Below are positions 17,784 through 26,104 of a stretch of 32,000 bases of DNA, in pieces; the first letter of the stretch is position 1; each line of letters starts with the position of its first letter. The notes under the pieces are model-generated. The model worked only from the letters and a program-made list of their open reading frames with translations. It searched no databases and had not been told where the DNA came from. The translations under genes were made by a program, and so were the position numbers. This stretch comes from Cupriavidus necator (GTDB lineage Bacteria; Pseudomonadota; Gammaproteobacteria; Burkholderiales; Burkholderiaceae), in NCBI RefSeq assembly GCF_016127575.1, contig NZ_CP066019.1, forward strand, positions 1,890,001 to 1,922,000, in the 5' to 3' direction.

Positions 17784-18147
17784 CGCGTCGCCTCTTGTTT
17801 CCGGTCTTCAGTCGCTTGAAGTTTAGAGGCGGACGTCCGGGCGCATTGCGCCGTTTCACGAAGTTCTTACTTGCTCAATTCGAGCAATTCCTGCCCTCTT
17901 TGCATCACCAGTCCAGGCGCGCCTCGTACTGCTGCACTGCGTCAGCACGACCCTCGATCGCCGATCCATTCGGCATGCGCTGGCGCTGCATATCGCGTTT
18001 TGCGAAGTTCTCATCTTCACCGGTTCCTGTTGGTCCGGCACTGCGCCGTTCCTACACTTCCGACACGTGACCAGGGACGGCATGGTCCCCGCAATCTGCA
18101 AGGCCGTGCCACATGAACAAACCACTAAACCGGAACGCCAATCCACT
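17784..18147. promoter_or_regulatory. divergent control region between the ADH-P450 arm and the BVMO arm, with candidate operator repeats
   Basis: 364 bp non-coding. A 15-nt direct repeat, GTTTCACGAAGTTCT (17853-17867) and GTTTTGCGAAGTTCT (17997-18011), matches at 13/15. A palindrome TTGCTC-aattc-GAGCAA lies at 17871-17887. Promoter hexamers could not be assigned with confidence. Confidence 0.4.
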
Positions 18148-20217
18148 ATGTATATTGAACCTTCCAACGCAGCCATCCCATCCGCAGCCGGGACCAACCC
18201 GCTTGCAGCCAGGAGCGAACTCCGAGATGTCTTCACAAACATTGCGCGTCAACGCCAGATCGCGGAATCTGACCTTCGCAAATACCTTGCAGACGTAGAC
18301 CCGGCGCTGCTGCTAGCGTCGCTCGTGCACATCACGCGCGACCCATCGCTGCTCAGCCGCTACGCGCCTGAACTGAAGATGCCGGACAAGGGCGATCTCA
18401 TGCCTGGCGTGAAGGTCGTCGAAACGCTGAAGGGCTTCGCCCAGGTCGCCACCATCCCAGGGGCTATCCGGCAAGAGATGATCGAGCTGACGGTTGCCGC
18501 GCTGGACAAGCCCGCCTCCGAACAGACCGAATACCTGTCGGGCTACGATCTGGCGCCCGATCTGTTTCTCAAGATGGCAGCGATGGTCACCGGCGAGCCG
18601 ATCGATGCCGAGTTTGGCGACATGCTGCTCGAACAGGCAGGCTTTGTGCGCAACCAGCCCGTGCTGCCGCAGCGCGGCCGCCCGACCGAGCGTATCGAAC
18701 TGGCCATCATCGGTGCCGGCATGAGTGGCATCGCGGCCGCCATCCAGGCGAAGGACCGCGGCTTCCGCTACCGCATCTTCGATAGCAACAACAAGGTCGG
18801 TGGCGTATGGGCGGCGAACGACTACCCGGGCGTCGCGGTCGATACACCCGCCACGTATTACTCGCTGTCGTACGAACTCAATCCATCGTGGAGCAACTAT
18901 TACCCGGTGGGCTCCGAGTACCTGCGCTATCTCGAAGGCATCGTCGAGAAGCACAACATCAGTGAGTTCATCGAGCTCGAGAGCGAAATCCTGAAGATCC
19001 AGTGGATCGAAGAGGACCAGGAGTGGGAACTGATGGTGGTCAAGAAGGGGCGCGAGGCATCTCGGGTGCGCGCCACAGCAGTCATGTCATGCCTCGGCCA
19101 CCTCAACCGCCCGAACTATCCCGACCTGCAAGGCCGCGAGACGTTCAAGGGCGTATCGATTCACGCCAACCGCTGGAAGCATGACGTCGATCTGCGCGGC
19201 AAGCGCGTCGGCATCATCGGCACCGGAGCGACCGGCGTGCAGGTGATCGGCAAGATCTCGCAGGAAGTGGACCACCTCACCGTCTTTATGCGCCAGCCGA
19301 TGTGGATCATTCCCAACCAGGCGGGAGACGGGGATATTCCGCAAAGCAAGCGCTGGGCGCGCCAGTACCTGCCGTACTTCCTCCACTGGGACAGGCTGAA
19401 GTCTTACTGGACCTATAGCGACAAGGTCGGATATCCGATCGTTCGCGCAGACCCAGAATGGGCGAAGACGCACGTCTCCATCTCTCCAGCCAACGACCGC
19501 CTGATGCAGTTCTGCATCAACTACATCAACTCGTGTTTTGGCGAGGGAAGCGAACTGGCCCGGAAGCTGACGCCGGACTACGCACCGCTGGGCAAGCGAA
19601 GCGTGCGCGACCCGTATGACTTTGCCCCCGGTGGCTTCTACTACGCCCTGTCGCAGCCGAACGTGGCCCTCGAGACCAGCAAGCTGGCGCGTGTGGTGCC
19701 GGACGGCATCCTGACCGTGGACGGCAAGCTGATCGAGCTCGACGTCATCATCTACGCGACCGGGCTGACCCTCGACTGGCTGTCGCCGATCGAGGTGGCG
19801 GGACGCAACGGGGTACGGCTATCCGACGTCTGGCGCGACAACAATCCGTCCTCCTACCTGGGCGGGATGGTGCCGAAGTTCCCCAATCTCTTCATCAACT
19901 CTGGCCCGCATACCGGGGCTGGGCATGCTGGCGGGCACAACTTCATGGCGGAGGTCGTCAACCACTACGCGATGGAATGCCTGCAGTTACTGGTCGAGGA
20001 GGATGCCCGCTCGCTGGAGGTGACCCAGGAAGCGTTTGATGAACACAACCGCAAGCTCGACGAGAAGATGGCGGGGGCGATCTGGGCCTGGGAGCGGCGC
20101 GCCCACACCTATTACACCAACCAGAAGGGGCGGCCCATCCTCCCGACGCCATGGCGCCATGTGGACTTCTGGCGCATGACCCGCGAGCCCATGAAGGAAG
20201 CCTTCATCCTGCGCTGA
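18148..20217 (+). CDS. Baeyer-Villiger type flavin monooxygenase with long N-terminal extension
   Basis: FAD fold IIGAGMSGIAAA starts at 18712. Also present: GGVWAANDYPGVAVDTP, the BVMO fingerprint FKGVSIHANRW (FxGxxxHxxxW, 19144-19176), and NADPH fold IIGTGATGVQV. The start is uncertain: ATG 18148 was chosen, and the track uses GTG 18067. Confidence 0.88.
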   Translation: MYIEPSNAAIPSAAGTNPLAARSELRDVFTNIARQRQIAESDLRKYLADVDPALLLASLVHITRDPSLLSRYAPELKMPDKGDLMPGVKVVETLKGFAQVATIPGAIRQEMIELTVAALDKPASEQTEYLSGYDLAPDLFLKMAAMVTGEPIDAEFGDMLLEQAGFVRNQPVLPQRGRPTERIELAIIGAGMSGIAAAIQAKDRGFRYRIFDSNNKVGGVWAANDYPGVAVDTPATYYSLSYELNPSWSNYYPVGSEYLRYLEGIVEKHNISEFIELESEILKIQWIEEDQEWELMVVKKGREASRVRATAVMSCLGHLNRPNYPDLQGRETFKGVSIHANRWKHDVDLRGKRVGIIGTGATGVQVIGKISQEVDHLTVFMRQPMWIIPNQAGDGDIPQSKRWARQYLPYFLHWDRLKSYWTYSDKVGYPIVRADPEWAKTHVSISPANDRLMQFCINYINSCFGEGSELARKLTPDYAPLGKRSVRDPYDFAPGGFYYALSQPNVALETSKLARVVPDGILTVDGKLIELDVIIYATGLTLDWLSPIEVAGRNGVRLSDVWRDNNPSSYLGGMVPKFPNLFINSGPHTGAGHAGGHNFMAEVVNHYAMECLQLLVEEDARSLEVTQEAFDEHNRKLDEKMAGAIWAWERRAHTYYTNQKGRPILPTPWRHVDFWRMTREPMKEAFILR

Positions 20218-20313
20218 TGCAATGCCGTCGGCGCCCCGCCGCCCGGATGCTTGCCGGCAGGCAGCCCTCCGGCGCGGGGCTATGAACCAGTCAAGGTAAC
20301 GGGAACTTAGAGC

Positions 20314-21150
20314 ATGAACCGCGGTTTGATACTTGGGGGCGGTGGCGTCCTCGGCCTCGCCTGGGAGATTGGCGTGCTCCACGGGCTTGCGTCCGGCGGC
20401 ATCGACCTGCTCGGCGCAAGCGAAGTCATCGGGACATCGGCCGGCGCATTTGCCGGCTGCGCACTCCTTGACCCGAGGGGCATTGCGTGGGCGTACGCGC
20501 GGCAGGTTGCTGCGAGCGTACAAGAGGTGCCGGTCGCCTCGTCCTCTGATGTCATCCAGACCCTGTCCGTATTGCTGACGGAATGCGCCGGCGACGCGGC
20601 GCGCGCCGGACGGCGCATCGGCGAGTTTGCGCTGGCGGCCTCATCCATTGAGGTCCGCCGGCGCCTGGCTGTCGTGCGCGACCGGCTCGACCGCGATGAC
20701 TGGCCGTCCGACCGGCTGATGCTCACCGCCATCGACGTGGACAGCGGCGAGCTGCACCTGCTTACCAGCGACTCGGGCATCGACCTGGTGCACGCTGCCG
20801 CTGCCAGCGGTGCGGCGCCGGGCATCTGGCCCGTGATCTCGGCCGGCGGCAAACGCTGGGTGGACGGCGGCAGCGTATCGGTGACCAATGCACACCTCGC
20901 ACGGAGATTCGGCCAATGCATCGTCATCTCGCCCCGGCCGGGCAACCTAACCGGCGTCACGGTGCAGTCCGAGATCGACGCCTGCGGCAAGCGCGACGAC
21001 GCCGTGCTCATTGTTCCTGACGCGAGCAGCGAAGCCGCGATCGGCCAGAACAACTTCGACCCCAGCCGGCGCCAGGTGGCCGCCGAGGCAGGGAGACGGC
21101 AGGGTAAGCAACTCGTCCGTGAAATGCCGGACGCATGGCGGGTGTGCTGA
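20314..21150 (+). CDS. patatin-like serine hydrolase (phospholipase/esterase fold)
   Basis: 278 aa. Gly-rich oxyanion block LILGGGGVLGLAWEIG, nucleophile GTSAGA (Ser codon 20437-20439), and catalytic Asp in WVDGGS (Asp codon 20863-20865). Confidence 0.85.
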   Translation: MNRGLILGGGGVLGLAWEIGVLHGLASGGIDLLGASEVIGTSAGAFAGCALLDPRGIAWAYARQVAASVQEVPVASSSDVIQTLSVLLTECAGDAARAGRRIGEFALAASSIEVRRRLAVVRDRLDRDDWPSDRLMLTAIDVDSGELHLLTSDSGIDLVHAAAASGAAPGIWPVISAGGKRWVDGGSVSVTNAHLARRFGQCIVISPRPGNLTGVTVQSEIDACGKRDDAVLIVPDASSEAAIGQNNFDPSRRQVAAEAGRRQGKQLVREMPDAWRVC

Positions 21151-21223
21151 TGTAGGGAACCCGACGGCGGCGGGCGTCTTTCACGCAACACCGCCTGGGT
21201 GTACAGAAACTTCGGGGAACAAT

Positions 21224-22477
21224 ATGACAACCGAAAACGGGGACAAGGCACCCGGCCCGTGCGCAGGATTGCGCGTGCTGGAATTCGCAACCATGGTTGC
21301 CGGGCCGTTCGCCGGCCAGATGCTGGCCGATCTCGGGGCCGAGGTCATCAAGATCGAGCCCATCAGTGGCGATCCCATGCGCAAGGGGCACCCCCAGCAC
21401 CAGGGGGTCGCGGCTGGATTCGCGCTGTTCAACGGTGGCAAGCGAAGCATGTGCATCGACCTCAAGTCCCCTTCGGGACAAGCGCTGGCGCGCGAGCTGG
21501 CGTTGACTGCCGATGTGCTGATTGAGAACTTCCGCCCGGGCGTGATGGACGGATTCAGGCTCGGGCATGAGACCCTTTGCCAGGCCAATGCAAGGCTCAT
21601 CTATGCGTCAATCAATGGCTTCGGCGTCGATGGACCGTATGCCGCACGGCCCGCATACGATCATGTCGTGCAGGCGCTGAGCGGGACCATGCCGGGCATC
21701 GGCAGCCAGGACCAGCCCGAGCCCGTCCGCAATTCGGTCGTCGACAAGATTACCGCTGCCACCGCCGCACAAGCAATTCTGGCCGCGCTCGTCCACCGCG
21801 AGCGCAACGGCGGCAAGGGCCAGCGGGTCTGCGTGTCGCTGCTGGACGCCTACGCCGCCTTCATGCTGCCGGATCTGATGGTGAACCACTACTTCCAGAC
21901 GCCAAGTATCGGTGCGCGCGCCCTGCCCAACACCTACTTCCCAATCCGGACGTCGGACGGCCACGTCATGGGCCATATCTTCACCGACGAGCAGTTCAGG
22001 AATCTCTGCCGGATGTTTGACCGCCTGGACCTGATCGACGATCCCCGCTTCGCTGGTGTGAAGGAGCGCCGCGATCACTGTGAGGCGATGTGGGATGAAA
22101 TCCGGCACAGCGCGCGGCGGCTCGACACGGCCACCGTCGAGCAGCTTGCCGAGAAGCACAGCGTCCCGCTTGGGCGCGTCAACGACCTGGCCGGGTTCTT
22201 CGCCGATCCGCAGGTCCGGCACAACGGCACGTACTCGGACGATGACGATCCATTGCTCGGAAGAGTGCGTCAGCTTCGGTCCCCGATCCGCCTGGCGCTG
22301 ACGCCAGCGGCCAGCCGCCGCCGGCCGCCCCTGCTCGGGGAGGACACCAGCGCACTCCTCGCGGGCCTGGGCAAGACGGCAACGCAGATCAACCAGGCCT
22401 TTGCAAGCCGGGTGGTCGCCGGCCGCATGGACGAGGCGGATGCCGCAGGCAAGTCCGCGGTGGGAGCACAAGCATGA
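21224..22477 (+). CDS. family III CoA-transferase (CaiB/BaiF family)
   Basis: ATG at 21224 with GGGGAA upstream. GLRVLEFATMVAGPFAGQMLADLGAEVIKIE and ENFRPGV. The track start at 21011 overlaps the patatin gene and is Arg/Ala-rich. The stop overlaps the next start (ATGA at 22474-22477). Confidence 0.88.
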   Translation: MTTENGDKAPGPCAGLRVLEFATMVAGPFAGQMLADLGAEVIKIEPISGDPMRKGHPQHQGVAAGFALFNGGKRSMCIDLKSPSGQALARELALTADVLIENFRPGVMDGFRLGHETLCQANARLIYASINGFGVDGPYAARPAYDHVVQALSGTMPGIGSQDQPEPVRNSVVDKITAATAAQAILAALVHRERNGGKGQRVCVSLLDAYAAFMLPDLMVNHYFQTPSIGARALPNTYFPIRTSDGHVMGHIFTDEQFRNLCRMFDRLDLIDDPRFAGVKERRDHCEAMWDEIRHSARRLDTATVEQLAEKHSVPLGRVNDLAGFFADPQVRHNGTYSDDDDPLLGRVRQLRSPIRLALTPAASRRRPPLLGEDTSALLAGLGKTATQINQAFASRVVAGRMDEADAAGKSAVGAQA

Positions 22478-23610
22478 GCGGTCCATTGAAAGGCGTCAGG
22501 ATCATCGAGTTCGGCGCAATCGGGCCGGCGCCATTCGCCTGCATGATGCTGGCCGACAACGGCGCGGACGTCATCCGCGTGGCGCGGCATGTACCGGCCT
22601 GGCGGCAAGGCATCATGGATGCGAGCAAGGACGTTCTGGCACGCTCGCGCCGCGTCGTGCACCTTGACCTCAAGACGCCCGAAGGTGTGCGCGAGGCCCG
22701 CGCGCTCGCACGCGACGCGGACGGCATTGTCGAGGGCTACCGCCCGGGCGTCATGGAAAGACTCGGGCTTGGCCCTGAGGTCTTGCTGGCTGACAACCCG
22801 CGGCTGGTGTACGGGCGCATGACCGGATGGGGCCAGGACGGGCCCCTCGCACAGCGCGCCGGGCACGACATCAACTACATCGCGCTGGCCGGTGCATTGC
22901 ACGCCTTCGGGCGCGAGGGCGGCAAGCCAACGCCACCCGCCAACCTGGTCGCAGACTTTGGCGGCGGCGGCATGTTGCTTGCGTTCGGCATGGTCAGCGC
23001 CATCCTGCATGCACGCGCCACGGGGGAAGGTCAGGTGGTGGACTGCGCCATGCTCGACGGCACCGCGTTGCTGATGAGCATGATGTGGTCGCTGCGTTCC
23101 GCCGGTGTGTGGCGCGACGAGCGCGGTGTCAATCTGCTCGACACCGGCACGCATTTCTACGAGACGTATGAGACCAGCGATGGCAAGTACATCGCGATCG
23201 GCGCGGTTGAGCCCGAGTTCTATGCGCTGCTGCGGGAAAGGCTAGGTCTGGCCGACGACCCGGACTTCGACCGCCAGCGGGACCCGAAAGCCTGGCCGGA
23301 TCTCAAAGCCAGGCTTTCCACGATCTTCAAGACCCGCAGCCGCGACGAATGGTGCCGCATCTTCGACCCCACCGATGCCTGTGTCACCCCGGTCCTTTCG
23401 ATGAGCGAGGCGCCCGATCACCCGCACGCCCGCGCGCGCGGGGTATTCACGACCATCGATGGTGTCGTGCAGCCCAGCCCGGCTCCGCGCTACTCGCGCA
23501 CCGTGAACGATGCACCCAGGATGCTTCGCCCTCAACAGGACGATCGCGATGCGATCCGCCCCGGGCGTCGCACCGCACTGTGCGCAAGCGAACCGGCAAC
23601 CGATAGCTGA
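22474..23610 (+). CDS. alpha-methylacyl-CoA racemase-like family III CoA-transferase
   Basis: MSGPLKGVRIIEFGAIGPAPFACMMLADNGADVIRV, GYRPGVMERLGLGPE, MTGWGQDGP, GHDINYIALAG and PAPRYSRT. These blocks resemble the racemase (MCR/AMACR) branch of the family. The branch assignment is from recall, not an alignment. Confidence 0.8.
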   Translation: MSGPLKGVRIIEFGAIGPAPFACMMLADNGADVIRVARHVPAWRQGIMDASKDVLARSRRVVHLDLKTPEGVREARALARDADGIVEGYRPGVMERLGLGPEVLLADNPRLVYGRMTGWGQDGPLAQRAGHDINYIALAGALHAFGREGGKPTPPANLVADFGGGGMLLAFGMVSAILHARATGEGQVVDCAMLDGTALLMSMMWSLRSAGVWRDERGVNLLDTGTHFYETYETSDGKYIAIGAVEPEFYALLRERLGLADDPDFDRQRDPKAWPDLKARLSTIFKTRSRDEWCRIFDPTDACVTPVLSMSEAPDHPHARARGVFTTIDGVVQPSPAPRYSRTVNDAPRMLRPQQDDRDAIRPGRRTALCASEPATDS

Positions 23611-23622
23611 GGGGTAAGCGAA

Positions 23623-24522
23623 ATGAGCAGAATTGCATTCATTGGTCTTGGCAATATGGGCATGCCCATGGCCCTGAACCTTGTACGTGCGGGCCACGAC
23701 GTGCAGGGATTCGATATCTCGGAAGCCGCACTGGCCGGCTTCGCCGGACAGGGGGGGCAATCGCAGCGCAGCGTGGCAGCGGCTGTCGATGGCGCATCGA
23801 TCGTCATTTCCATCGTGAGAAATGCCGATGACGTGAAGAACCTGTACTGCACCGCAGGCGGTGTCCTGGACGTCGCCGCGCCGGGAGCCCTGCTGATCGA
23901 GAGCTCAACCATCGGACCCGCCGCCGCGCGTGCTGTCGCCGCGGAAGCGGCGCAAGCCGGCTTTGCGATGTTGGATGCTCCCGTGGCCGGCGGCCAGGCT
24001 GGCGCCCGCGAAGCGCGGCTGACATTCATGGTCGGCGGCGCGCGCACGGCCTTCGACCGCGCTGAGCCAGTCCTGCGCCAGATGGGCGCCAGAATCTTTT
24101 ATGCCGGGGCCAGCGGCAATGGCCAGATTGCCAAGCTGTGCAACAACCTGATCGCCTGCGTCAGCAGCGCGGTCGTCTCGGAAGCCTTCATCCTGGGCAG
24201 CAAGCTCGGCATGGACTATCAGACGATGTACGACATCATCACACAGTCTACCGGCCAGTGCTGGACCCTCTCGCACAACTGCCCGGTGCCGGGCCCCGTG
24301 CCGTCTTCGCCCGCCAGTCGCGATTATGTCCCTGGATTTGCGGCGGATCTGATGCTCAAGGACCTCTCCCTCGTCGCGTCTGCCGCCAGTGAGGTTGGCG
24401 CCGCGACACCGTTTGGCGCCAGGGCCATCCAGCTGTACCGGCAGCTAAGCGAATCTGGCCTTGGCGCCCGCGATTGGACCGTAGTTGCCAGGTTGATCGA
24501 AAACAGCGCTTCTCTCAATTAA
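23623..24522 (+). CDS. mmsB: 3-hydroxyisobutyrate dehydrogenase
   Basis: IAFIGLGNMGMPMALNL (Rossmann fold), ESSTI, LDAPVAGGQAGAREARLTFMVGG, catalytic Lys block GQIAKLCNNL, and the MmsB-like stretch CPVPGPVPSSPASRDYVPGF. 299 aa. Confidence 0.8.
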   Translation: MSRIAFIGLGNMGMPMALNLVRAGHDVQGFDISEAALAGFAGQGGQSQRSVAAAVDGASIVISIVRNADDVKNLYCTAGGVLDVAAPGALLIESSTIGPAAARAVAAEAAQAGFAMLDAPVAGGQAGAREARLTFMVGGARTAFDRAEPVLRQMGARIFYAGASGNGQIAKLCNNLIACVSSAVVSEAFILGSKLGMDYQTMYDIITQSTGQCWTLSHNCPVPGPVPSSPASRDYVPGFAADLMLKDLSLVASAASEVGAATPFGARAIQLYRQLSESGLGARDWTVVARLIENSASLN

Positions 24523-24546
24523 TGCTGCATAGCCCAGGAGACCTCT

Positions 24547-26046
24547 GTGTCAGCTAACCCCCTCCATCCCAATCTCAACGCGGAAGATCTGGCCCTGGCC
24601 CTGAGTGGGCACAATTTCATCGACGGCGAGCTTGCGCCCACACGCTCGGGCAGGACGTTCGCCGTGATCAATCCCGCCACCGGCCGCAAGATCGCGGATG
24701 CGCCCTTCAGCGTTGCCGATGACGTGGATCTCGCCGTCCATGCCGCGCAGCGCGCCCAGCGCGAATGGGCCGATACACCGGCGCGCAGGCGCGGCGCCCT
24801 GGTCATTGAATGTGCCCGGCTGCTGGCCTCGCACGTCGAGGAGCTGGCACGGCTTGTGACACTCGAGACCGGCAAGGCGATTCGGACCGAAAGCCGTCCC
24901 GAAGCGGAAGGTATCGCCGACATGCTGCAGTACTACGGCGGCCTGGCCCCGGAGCTGAAGGGCGAGACCGTGCCCCACCGGCCGGATGTCCTGACGCTCA
25001 CCGTGCGGGAACCGCTCGGCGTCGTTGGCGCGATTTTGCCCTGGAACGCGCCAATGTACATCCTGGCGATGAAAATCGGACCCTCGCTCGTGGCCGGTAA
25101 CACTGTCGTGGTGAAATCTGCCGAGGAAGCACCCCTGGCAGTGTTGCGCGTGTGCCAGATCCTGAGCCAGGTGCTGCCCAAGGGTGTCCTCAACGTGGTT
25201 GCCGGCTATGGCCCTGAATGCGGCGCGCCGCTGGTCGCGCATCCCGGTGTGCACAAGGTCACTTTCACCGGCTCCGTGGAAACAGGCAAGATCATCTACA
25301 AGACAGCGGCCGACAAGCTGATCCCCGTCACGCTCGAGCTTGGCGGCAAGAGCCCGATGATCGTCATGCCCGACGCTGACCTGGATCAGGCTGCCGCCGG
25401 CGCGGTGGCCGGCATGCGGTTCACCCGCCAGGGCCAGAGCTGCTCGGCCTCCAGCCGGATGATCGTGCACGAGTCGGTGCATGACGCATTTGTCGGCAAG
25501 GTGAAGGCGCTGGTCGATGCCATGAAGATTGGCGATCCGATGGACGAGGCCACGGACATCGGCACTATCATCTCGCCAGCCCAGTACGACAAGGTGTGCG
25601 GATACATCGAAGCGGGACGATCCCTGCCCGGCACAACCGCGGTGGAATGCTCGACATTGCCAGCAGACCTGGCGCTGGGAGCCGGACTGTTCATCCGCCC
25701 TGTGATGTTCACCGGCCTGACCAATGATAGTAAGCTGGCGCGCGAAGAGATCTTCGGTCCGGTCGTCTGCGTCATGAAATTCTCGAGCTACAGGGACGCG
25801 TTGGCGATGGCCAACGACACAGACTACGGCTTGACGGCGTCAGTCTGGACCCGGGATCTGAAGACGGCGATGGATGCCAGCCTGAGGCTTCAGGCCGGCT
25901 TCGTCCAGGTAAACCAGAATCTCGTAGCCCAGCCTGGCCTCTCGTATGGCGGCTACAAGAATTCCGGCTTGGGCAAGGAGGCATCGCTTGAGGCAATGCT
26001 GGACCACTTCACACAGATGAAGACCATCCTCGTGAATCTCGCATAG
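24547..26046 (+). CDS. NAD(P)+-dependent aldehyde dehydrogenase
   Basis: GTG start with AGGAG 6 nt upstream. ILPWNAPM, FTGSVETGK, ELGGKSP, catalytic Cys in QGQSCSA, and EEIFGPV. 499 aa. Confidence 0.88.
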   Translation: MSANPLHPNLNAEDLALALSGHNFIDGELAPTRSGRTFAVINPATGRKIADAPFSVADDVDLAVHAAQRAQREWADTPARRRGALVIECARLLASHVEELARLVTLETGKAIRTESRPEAEGIADMLQYYGGLAPELKGETVPHRPDVLTLTVREPLGVVGAILPWNAPMYILAMKIGPSLVAGNTVVVKSAEEAPLAVLRVCQILSQVLPKGVLNVVAGYGPECGAPLVAHPGVHKVTFTGSVETGKIIYKTAADKLIPVTLELGGKSPMIVMPDADLDQAAAGAVAGMRFTRQGQSCSASSRMIVHESVHDAFVGKVKALVDAMKIGDPMDEATDIGTIISPAQYDKVCGYIEAGRSLPGTTAVECSTLPADLALGAGLFIRPVMFTGLTNDSKLAREEIFGPVVCVMKFSSYRDALAMANDTDYGLTASVWTRDLKTAMDASLRLQAGFVQVNQNLVAQPGLSYGGYKNSGLGKEASLEAMLDHFTQMKTILVNLA

Positions 26047-26050
26047 CACC

Positions 26051-26071
26051 AGCGGCGCCGCAGGCGCCGCT
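26051..26071 (+). terminator. short GC hairpin between ALDH and Bug gene (attenuator/terminator candidate)
   Basis: AGCGGCGCC-gca-GGCGCCGCT is a perfect 9-bp stem 5 nt after the ALDH stop. No U-tract follows, so it may only be a stabiliser or partial terminator. Confidence 0.3.
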
Positions 26072-26104
26072 CTGCCTCAGAAAATCATTAAGGAGACACC
26101 GGTC

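Noticed and set aside
18035-18052. Sigma-54-like element (cGGCAC-tgcgcc-GTTCC) upstream of the BVMO gene
   Set aside because: It lacks the conserved TGGCAC-N5-TTGC spacing and the GC at -12. No enhancer-binding protein gene is in the window.
17856-18242. 128-aa minus-strand ORF in the divergent region with a zinc-ribbon-like CxC-N17-CxxC pattern (VVCSCG...VTCRKCRNG)
   Set aside because: Its codon usage is atypical for this window: many A/T-ending and rare codons (ATA, TTA, AGA, AGG, GTA) and third-position GC far below the neighbouring genes. It overlaps the BVMO 5' region and has no RBS. It may deserve a proteomics check but is not supported as a gene.
20314-21150. Patatin-like protein as an anti-phage effector (CBASS-type phospholipase)
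   Set aside because: The window contains no cyclic-nucleotide synthase, sensor, or other defence-associated gene. The gene is embedded in a metabolic operon directly after a BVMO.
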